NCBI GenBank assembly: GCA_964657325.1
Contig: CAZZVE010000006.1
Coordinates: forward strand, 8,188-72,187
Direction of reading: 5' to 3'
Length of the DNA: 64,000 bases
Source of the DNA: an uncultured Ktedonobacterales bacterium
GTDB taxonomy: Bacteria > Chloroflexota > Ktedonobacteria > Ktedonobacterales > Ktedonobacteraceae
The notes below the pieces were generated by a model. That model had not been told where the DNA came from, searched no databases, and saw nothing but the letters and a program-made list of their open reading frames with translations. A program made the position numbers and the translations under genes. Positions 57,747 through 64,000 of the stretch are shown here, piece by piece (the stretch's first letter is position 1; each line of letters begins with the position of its first letter).

Positions 57747-58943
57747 ATGACCACCGCACTCGTTTATGACCCTATTTTTCTAGAACATATTACACCATCG
57801 CAACACCCGGAGAAACCGCAACGTGTCCAGTTAGCGTATGAGGCACTTGAAGAGCTGGGCTGGCTTACACGTGATGGACTGCTGCAACTCGCGCCGCGTG
57901 CGGCAACTGTAGATGAGTTAGCCGCGGTTCATGCACGCGAGTATATTCAAGAGGTTGCAGAAACCTCACAACAAATGGCGGAAGAAGAGGGAAAAGACGG
58001 TTATAAGACAGCATTCTTTGCTACTGATACCTATATTTCTGCAAAGTCATATGAAGTTGCGAGTATAGCAGCAGGTGCACCACTTACAGCTATCGACGCA
58101 ATGATGAAGGGCGACATCAAGAATGCCTACTGTCTTGTACGCCCCCCTGGACATCATGCGTTACAAGACGATGCGATGGGCTTTTGCATCTTCAACAACG
58201 TCGCGGTTGCCGCTCGCTATGCCATAGATCACTATGGCCTTGAGCGCGTCATGATTATAGACTATGACGTGCATCACGGCAATGGCACACAGGACATGTT
58301 TTACAGCGATCCTCGCGTCCTCTATTTTTCGGTACATCAAGCCCCCTTCTATCCTGGTACAGGTGCCTCTGATGAACTGGGAGAAGGTGACGCGATTGGC
58401 ACCACTATCAATGTTCCTCTTCCCGCAACATGTGGCTTTGATACTTACGAGGCTGTTTTCCGACAGGTCATGGCTCCTGCTGCTGACCGCTTCAACCCAC
58501 AGCTTATCCTGGTCTCGGCTGGCTTCGATGCTCACTGGAAAGATGCTATTCCACCGACAAGCCTTGGTACTCAGATGTATCTTTCTACCGCAGGCTTTTT
58601 TCGATTAAACGAGATTATTCTTAATCTCGCTGACCTGCTGTGTGAAGGTCGTTTGATTATGGTGCAAGAGGGCGGCTACAATGTGCAGGCAACAGGTATG
58701 TGCGTGGCGACGAGTATCAACCAGTTGTTGGGTGGCGATGCTGCTGTTGATAGCTTCGGTCCACCACCTATAGACCCAACGCGTATTAACACTGATGTTT
58801 TAATCGCGGAACTGCGCCGTCTTCATGGCTTGACTGGATATCGTATGCGTAATTTCAAGAAACCCGATGTAGAGAAGTTGCGACGCGAGATGAAGGGACC
58901 GGATGCTACTTCTGCTTCCGACACCGACACACACGATGCCTGA
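57747..58943 (+). CDS. histone-deacetylase-family (class II HDAC / AcuC-like) amidohydrolase
   Basis: RPPGHHA, DYDVHHGNGTQ, SAGFDAH and EGGY motifs. ATG 57747 is preferred because the ORF-track start 57711 lies inside the terminator hairpin. Confidence 0.85.
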   Translation: MTTALVYDPIFLEHITPSQHPEKPQRVQLAYEALEELGWLTRDGLLQLAPRAATVDELAAVHAREYIQEVAETSQQMAEEEGKDGYKTAFFATDTYISAKSYEVASIAAGAPLTAIDAMMKGDIKNAYCLVRPPGHHALQDDAMGFCIFNNVAVAARYAIDHYGLERVMIIDYDVHHGNGTQDMFYSDPRVLYFSVHQAPFYPGTGASDELGEGDAIGTTINVPLPATCGFDTYEAVFRQVMAPAADRFNPQLILVSAGFDAHWKDAIPPTSLGTQMYLSTAGFFRLNEIILNLADLLCEGRLIMVQEGGYNVQATGMCVATSINQLLGGDAAVDSFGPPPIDPTRINTDVLIAELRRLHGLTGYRMRNFKKPDVEKLRREMKGPDATSASDTDTHDA

Positions 58944-58960
58944 GAGGATGCATAATTGTC

Positions 58961-59854
58961 ATGTCAGCTACGCACCTTGATACATACACGATTCGTCCAT
59001 TGATTGCTACTGATATCCCGGCAGTTGAGCGTCTGTTGCGCACTTCAGAATATATCTATCAACGCTTTACATTAAATGAACTACCTTTGTTGCTCAAACA
59101 CTATCCGGCAGTGGGTATGTTTAACAGTGCTACAATGCATAGTTTTCTGCTGTCACAAAGCGTTAATGCCCCAACAGCGTGGATAGGTGGCTTTGGTGTC
59201 AGCTGGACAGAGAGTAGCCACTATCTAGATATTCTTTTCAGATTGCTCAATGCACTTTCATCTCAACTCGTCACACAGGGTGTGCAGCACCTCCATTATT
59301 CTGGCAATGATACTGAGCATGATTGGCTACGTGGCGTGCTTTTGAAACGTGGTTTTCTGCCTTATCGTCGCCTCTATTCCTATGATAAATACGATTATGA
59401 TATACCCGCACAAGGCAATCAGCAGGTGCTGGTTCGTCAAGTCAATGTAAAAGGGAGATGGGGCAAGACTGGTGATATAGCGGCACTACTCCGCATAGAG
59501 CAAGCATGTTTCGAGGACCTGTGGCGTTATGACGCGGCAGGATTTACTGATGTCGCCGCTACTCATCCCTATTTTGTCGTTGCGGAACAACAAGGAAAAG
59601 TTGTCGGCTATCAATTCAATGCGCTCGATAGTGACTATGGCTATCTTGTTCGCATCGCCGTTCACCCCTCTGCCGAAGGTCAGCAGATAGGAGTGCGTCT
59701 GATGGCAGAGGCGATACGTTTCTTTGAACGCGAACGTGTGACGCGTATCATGCTCAACTCACAAGATAACAATACACACGCTCATCAGCTCTATGAGTGG
59801 TTTGGCTTCGTGCGTATTCAGCAAATGGGCTTTGTGCTGAGGAAAACTTTGTAG
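58961..59854 (+). CDS. GNAT family N-acetyltransferase (C-terminal RimI-like domain, N-terminal degenerate domain)
   Basis: Acetyl-CoA loop IAVHPSAEGQQIGVRLM and the C-terminal A..LY...GF. Confidence 0.7.
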   Translation: MSATHLDTYTIRPLIATDIPAVERLLRTSEYIYQRFTLNELPLLLKHYPAVGMFNSATMHSFLLSQSVNAPTAWIGGFGVSWTESSHYLDILFRLLNALSSQLVTQGVQHLHYSGNDTEHDWLRGVLLKRGFLPYRRLYSYDKYDYDIPAQGNQQVLVRQVNVKGRWGKTGDIAALLRIEQACFEDLWRYDAAGFTDVAATHPYFVVAEQQGKVVGYQFNALDSDYGYLVRIAVHPSAEGQQIGVRLMAEAIRFFERERVTRIMLNSQDNNTHAHQLYEWFGFVRIQQMGFVLRKTL

Positions 59855-59889
59855 TAAAGCATCTAATAAATCTCTTAACAATAAAAGGG

Positions 59890-60201
59890 TTAATGCAATT
59901 CTCGAATCGGTTTCTGTACAAATGACATTGCCGCATTGCTCACTAATACATCTATAGAGCCAAATACATTTTGAGCCTCAGCTACCATACGTTCGACTTG
60001 CTCTCGCTCCCGAACATCAGTCTGGATAGCAATGGCCTCACTCCCAGCCTCTCGAATAGATTGCACCACTTCTTCTGCTAGATGAGCACTGTTGTTATAA
60101 TTGACAACAATACGCATTCCTTTTGATGCAAGCAACTTGGCTGTTGCCGCTCCAATACCACGACTCGCACCAGTGATAAGTGCTACTTTTTTATCTGCCA
60201 T
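59890..60201 (-). pseudogene. truncated short-chain dehydrogenase/reductase (N-terminal 103 aa only)
   Basis: TGASRGIG Rossmann motif and NAA are present. The ORF stops before the Ser-Tyr-Lys catalytic region of a normal ~250-aa SDR. Confidence 0.6.
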
Positions 60202-60335
60202 TATTAATAGGTAATCCTCGCTAGATGTATTACTAAAATCAAATACCCTGTTTTGTAAGTGTATTGCTCTCTCTATAAAGACACGAAAAGCATGCCCTAA
60301 AATGTTTCATACTAACCAAAAGCACTTTAGGGGGT

Positions 60336-60944
60336 TTACACAGAAGTACGGGCGGACTTGCCTCGTTCAATCAAATACCGATCAAACTCATTCAACGTCC
60401 GTATTCCGTGTTGTAATACAGCATCATAGATATCAACGCTAGAAACTTCTTGTCCGTAAGAAGGTTGTTTCCACCACACATCCTTAATGCGAAGAATAGC
60501 AAGTCGTGTTTCAGGTGTAAGCTCCTGCTCTATCATGTCATGAATAGGCTCAGATCGAACCCCCTCTGCAAGCCAGAACGAGATATCTATCTTCCAGTCA
60601 CTTTCAGCACCATTATCATACAGCACCATAAAAAAGTAGCGTTCATCGTGCGGTAAACCTGTAGAATTGAAGGAGCCACTTTCATTGAAGTATCGTACTT
60701 GCTTAATGCGTGAATGTGTCAACAATGGTGTCATAACTTCATACACGTGTTCAATGCTTAAGTGTGGACTCGAAACACTTATATCAATATCACGCCACGT
60801 CATTAAGCCTAAAACTGAACTACCATGTACTCTTGCAACACCAGCATTGCTCAGTAAACGTACCAAGTCAAGTTCTTTTACGATAGATTGAGCCTCATTT
60901 TGGAGAAGAGTTTGACGTTGCAATAGTTGGTCTACATCTTGCAT
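60336..60944 (-). CDS. nucleotidyltransferase-domain protein (Pol-beta superfamily-like)
   Basis: HGSSVLGLMTWRDIDISV fits the GS-x(9-10)-DxD minimal NTase motif. 202 aa. Confidence 0.5.
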   Translation of the reverse strand: MQDVDQLLQRQTLLQNEAQSIVKELDLVRLLSNAGVARVHGSSVLGLMTWRDIDISVSSPHLSIEHVYEVMTPLLTHSRIKQVRYFNESGSFNSTGLPHDERYFFMVLYDNGAESDWKIDISFWLAEGVRSEPIHDMIEQELTPETRLAILRIKDVWWKQPSYGQEVSSVDIYDAVLQHGIRTLNEFDRYLIERGKSARTSV

Positions 60945-60988
60945 AATTGGACCTTTGATATTCTAATCTATCAGGAACTGTGGATAGA

Positions 60989-61186
60989 GGAACGTAGAAT
61001 GTAGGGACCGATGATGCCGTTTCACAAATTCCTATGGCTAGGTCGGTTGTAGGGGCGCAATTGATCGCGCCCACGTTCCCGATTGATCGTGCCCCTACAG
61101 TCTCGTGATTATTTGGTTAAAGAGCATTATCGCGTCCTTGTTGGCCATCGAAATACTGAAAAGGACGCGATAAATCGGTCCCTACA
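60989..61186. repeat. nested palindromic-unit cluster
   Basis: The outer pair is GTAGGGACCG (61001-61010) / CGGTCCCTAC (61177-61186). Inside are GTAGGGGCGCAATTGATCGCGCCC..GATTGATCGTGCCCCTAC (61049-61098) and ATCGCGTCCTT..AAGGACGCGAT (61129-61171). Confidence 0.88.
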
Positions 61187-61200
61187 ATTCGAGCGAAATA

Positions 61201-63102
61201 TTATATCAACCCCATCAGGCACCAGACATCCAATGGGGCTGATTTATTCTTGACATACAAGGGAGCCATTTGTGCGACACGTACAGCGGGGCGAACGTGT
61301 TGCAACGTAGAACTATTGACAAGAATATTGTTGTCAGAAGCGTTCGACTGTAGGCGCGAGGCAACGTTGACAGCATCGCCTATCGCGGTATAGTTCTGCA
61401 TACGTCCCTGTGAGCCAATATTGCCTACTGTGGCGGAGTCGGTGTTCACACCAAAACCGAATGAGATAGGCAAACCTTGTGAGTGGGAACGCTGATAGTT
61501 GAGGACCGCCATACGCATCTTCCAGGCCGCACGCACCGCACGTATAGCGTGGTCTTCCTGTGAAAGAGGGGCGTTGAAGATTGCCATGATCGCATCACCC
61601 ATAAACGCCGTAATCGTTCCCTGTTCGTCCCACACCTCTTTGACCATGATTTCAAGATAATTGTTGAGCAGGTTCATGACCTGTTCAGGCGCGATACTCT
61701 CACTGAGGCGCGTGTAACCACGAATGTCAGCAAACACAACAGAGATTTCGCGCGTCTCACCACCAAGATTTAGTGCCAACGGATTCCTGATAAGCTGATC
61801 TACCACATTTGGATGCACATACTGCTCGAAAATACGGCGAATTTGCTTTGCCTGTGCCTCAGAGCGTTTTAATAAAGTACGGTCGTCAATAACAAGCGCG
61901 GTACCTATAGGGTCCCCATTCGTATCACGCAACGATGAAACAGAGAGAATCAAGTTAATAACACCATCGCGTTTAGGAATAGTACAGTTCTTTTCGCGTA
62001 ATACAACTGTACCATTCTCATGATCGGTAACAGCTGTTCCCAGCAGTTCAATAATTCCAAGTGCTGAAAGATGTTGGAACGCCTCTCTATAATGTTTCCC
62101 TATCACAAGTTCTGGATTAAGATTAAGAATGAGAGCGGCAGCACCATTGAACGTTGTCACCATGCCATCTGAATCAGTGGTAATGACACCGTTTGCGATA
62201 GAGGCGAAGATATTGTCCATATATTTCTTATCTTCGCTGACCTTCTGAATAGCTTTATTAAGGTCCGCAAAGAGACGTGCGTTATCAATCGCAATAGCGG
62301 CTTGATTGCAAAACGCATTGAGCATGTCACGGTGTTTAGGTCCAAACAGATTCGCGTTCATACGACTATCAACATACACCGCTCCAATACAGGTGCCCCG
62401 TACAATCAGGGGAGCACAGAGAATCGAGCGTATACCGTAGGCCATGATGCTTTCATGCCCTTTGAATGCTGCATCAAGTTGTGCATCGTCAGAGAGCATC
62501 GTTTCACGATTGTTGATAACACGCGTTATAGAACCACGACTAATCTTAAATGCACTTTCGCCTATCGTTTGTGCCTGCTTGTCACGCGCAATGGTAAATT
62601 CAACCGCGTTTGTTGCCGGATTTACAAGCGCGAGAAAACCACGTTCAGCACCGACAAACTCAATCACGCGGTCCATCACAAGACGTAACACCTCATCGAA
62701 CTCAAGCGTTGAGTTGAGGGCACCAGCAATTTCGTACAGCGTCTCTTGCTCGCTTTTTTGTTGTTTTAATACGATGATGCTGGAGTTGAGGGCTTCACGC
62801 TCACGCTCGAATGTTGCCTGCGAGACATTGTTTCCATCAACCTGTCCTTGAAGCGTTTGTAGGACACGTTGAATTGTCTGGTTCATGCGTCCTAATTCCA
62901 GATCGGCAACACGGCTCACGTGTAAGGCTTCGCTAAGTAAACGTATACGAGGATCGCCGCCCTCGCTAGCATATCGGCCTTCGACAGCAACTTCTAGCTC
63001 ATGTGTGTGTTCATGAAGCGTACGCGAAATATTTCTTAGCGTATTGCCGACGACACGCAAATCGTTACTGGCTTTCCATGCTACATCGGATGATACCGCC
63101 AA
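61201..63102 (-). CDS. GAF-PAS class III adenylate/guanylate cyclase
   Basis: Coiled N-terminus, then GAF, PAS and cyclase domains (VVFADIRGYT, FMGDAIMA, GDAVNVASRL). The ORF-track start is a TTG, so the N-terminus is uncertain. Confidence 0.85.
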   Translation of the reverse strand: MAVSSDVAWKASNDLRVVGNTLRNISRTLHEHTHELEVAVEGRYASEGGDPRIRLLSEALHVSRVADLELGRMNQTIQRVLQTLQGQVDGNNVSQATFEREREALNSSIIVLKQQKSEQETLYEIAGALNSTLEFDEVLRLVMDRVIEFVGAERGFLALVNPATNAVEFTIARDKQAQTIGESAFKISRGSITRVINNRETMLSDDAQLDAAFKGHESIMAYGIRSILCAPLIVRGTCIGAVYVDSRMNANLFGPKHRDMLNAFCNQAAIAIDNARLFADLNKAIQKVSEDKKYMDNIFASIANGVITTDSDGMVTTFNGAAALILNLNPELVIGKHYREAFQHLSALGIIELLGTAVTDHENGTVVLREKNCTIPKRDGVINLILSVSSLRDTNGDPIGTALVIDDRTLLKRSEAQAKQIRRIFEQYVHPNVVDQLIRNPLALNLGGETREISVVFADIRGYTRLSESIAPEQVMNLLNNYLEIMVKEVWDEQGTITAFMGDAIMAIFNAPLSQEDHAIRAVRAAWKMRMAVLNYQRSHSQGLPISFGFGVNTDSATVGNIGSQGRMQNYTAIGDAVNVASRLQSNASDNNILVNSSTLQHVRPAVRVAQMAPLYVKNKSAPLDVWCLMGLI

Positions 63103-63181
63103 GAGTGTGCCTCCATGCTTACTAAATATATTTGCTGTATATATATACGCTTTTGTATTAAGATTATATCACAACGGTTTT

Positions 63182-63265
63182 GCGTATAACGATACTTAGC
63201 AGATACAACGAGAGGCAGCTCCATATTGCTGCCCCTCGTTGTATCTGCTAAGTATCGTTATACGC
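63182..63265 (-). terminator. 38-bp hairpin overlapping the 3' end of the NmrA-like gene
   Basis: 63182-63219 pairs with 63228-63265 (1 mismatch), with an 8-nt loop. The right arm contains the stop and the last two codons of the upstream gene. Confidence 0.65.
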
Positions 63266-64000
63266 CGTTTTGCGCGAGGTATGTTGAGAAGGAGGTAGGT
63301 GTGAAGCCGAAGTCGCGCTCAACACTGTTCAGGTCAGTTGTATTGTTAAAGCTAAAGAGCGTCATTGCAGCTCGTGTCAGTGGAGGTTTAGGTAGGATTG
63401 CCTCCATCACTGCCGCACCAATACCAATAATTGGTGTGGGTGCATAGACCTTGAGACGCTTCTTATGCATCGTCTTAAGCAGTTCGTCGTAGATTTGCGA
63501 GAACGAGTAGTAGGCAGGTCCGCCGATAGTATAGGTTTTTTTGTTGGTGCCTAGTGGATTCTCTAGCACCTTGACGATAACGGTTACAACATCTTCTACA
63601 TAGATAGGCTGAAACATAGTACCGCCCCCACCAATAAGTGGCAATACAGGCGCAGTACGCACAAGATCAGCCAGGCCCTTAATAAAGGATGCCCCTTTGC
63701 CAAAGAGAACGGAAGGCTGAATAATTGTATAATTAAGACCGCTATCAATTAACATTTTTTCCGCAAGATAGCGACCCTGCATATAGCTTCCTGGCTTATC
63801 AGGTTTGGTACCAAGGCCGCCAATTTCGATGATACGCTGTACTCCTGCGTCCTTTGCAGCCTTAATCAGGTTCGCGGTCCCGTTGACATTGGTATTTTCG
63901 TAGTAGTTACTGCTCAATGCTTTATGGTCTGCCGTGATAAATGCAGCATGCACAATCGTGTCAACACCTTGCACTGCTGCGTTTAGCGTGTGCGGTTGAG
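63258..64000 (-). CDS. NAD(P)-binding NmrA/atypical-SDR-like protein (5' end outside window)
   Basis: The frame stays open to the window edge (..QPHTLNAAVQGVDTIVHAAF..). Extended-SDR-like C-terminal part. Confidence 0.75.
   Translation of the reverse strand, partial: QPHTLNAAVQGVDTIVHAAFITADHKALSSNYYENTNVNGTANLIKAAKDAGVQRIIEIGGLGTKPDKPGSYMQGRYLAEKMLIDSGLNYTIIQPSVLFGKGASFIKGLADLVRTAPVLPLIGGGGTMFQPIYVEDVVTVIVKVLENPLGTNKKTYTIGGPAYYSFSQIYDELLKTMHKKRLKVYAPTPIIGIGAAVMEAILPKPPLTRAAMTLFSFNNTTDLNSVERDFGFTPTSFSTYLAQNGV

Overview
This is a 64-kb chromosomal segment with about 60 protein genes, nearly all housekeeping metabolism. By eye I found no rRNA, tRNA, CRISPR array, transposase, integrase or phage gene.

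Gene content in order:
- An aromatic amino-acid block: trpE(partial)-trpG-trpD-trpCF-trpB-[cyclase-family gene]-trpA, then an orphan receiver-like gene, AroH-type chorismate mutase and a type I-beta DAHP synthase.
- msrB, an F420-type LLM oxidoreductase and argS.
- A DedA protein, a GT28 glycosyltransferase and UDP-sulfoquinovose synthase.
- The acetate permease plus acetyl-CoA synthetase pair, and an MFS pump.
- A tightly coupled minus-strand pyrimidine operon: pyrB-carA-carB-pyrC-pyrE-pyrF-pyrD.
- coaE, a caspase-fold/TPR/membrane protein, an ABC-F ATPase, a second OPRT, an SPFH/NfeD pair and a nucleoside hydrolase.
- An AT-rich islet holding a GT4 glycosyltransferase and a secreted triple-repeat protein.
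- A pfp-deoB-GNAT-pmm operon, sucCD, a deacetylase/GNAT pair, a GAF-PAS class III cyclase and a partial NmrA-like gene.

The protein flavour (F420 LLM, caspase-TPR proteins, Q-rich linkers) weakly suggests a Chloroflexota/Ktedonobacteria-like organism. That is only a guess.

Most interesting observations:
1. The pyrB leader has a consensus promoter, a 45-codon leader ORF ending inside a strong terminator hairpin, and U-runs. This resembles an enterobacterial pyrBI-style attenuator, and no pyrR is visible.
2. A caspase-fold protein has its catalytic Cys replaced by Phe and is fused to TPRs and a multi-pass membrane domain.
3. A family of nested palindromic intergenic elements (GTAGGGGCGCAAT.. 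and GTAGGGACCG.. cores) occurs at six or more loci. One copy donates a stop codon.
4. A cyclase/kynurenine-formamidase-like gene with a degenerate metal motif, plus a palindromic element, is wedged between trpB and trpA.
5. Unusually long (22-38 bp) unique perfect hairpins sit at gene 3' ends.

All coordinates and motifs were read by eye, and no database search was possible.
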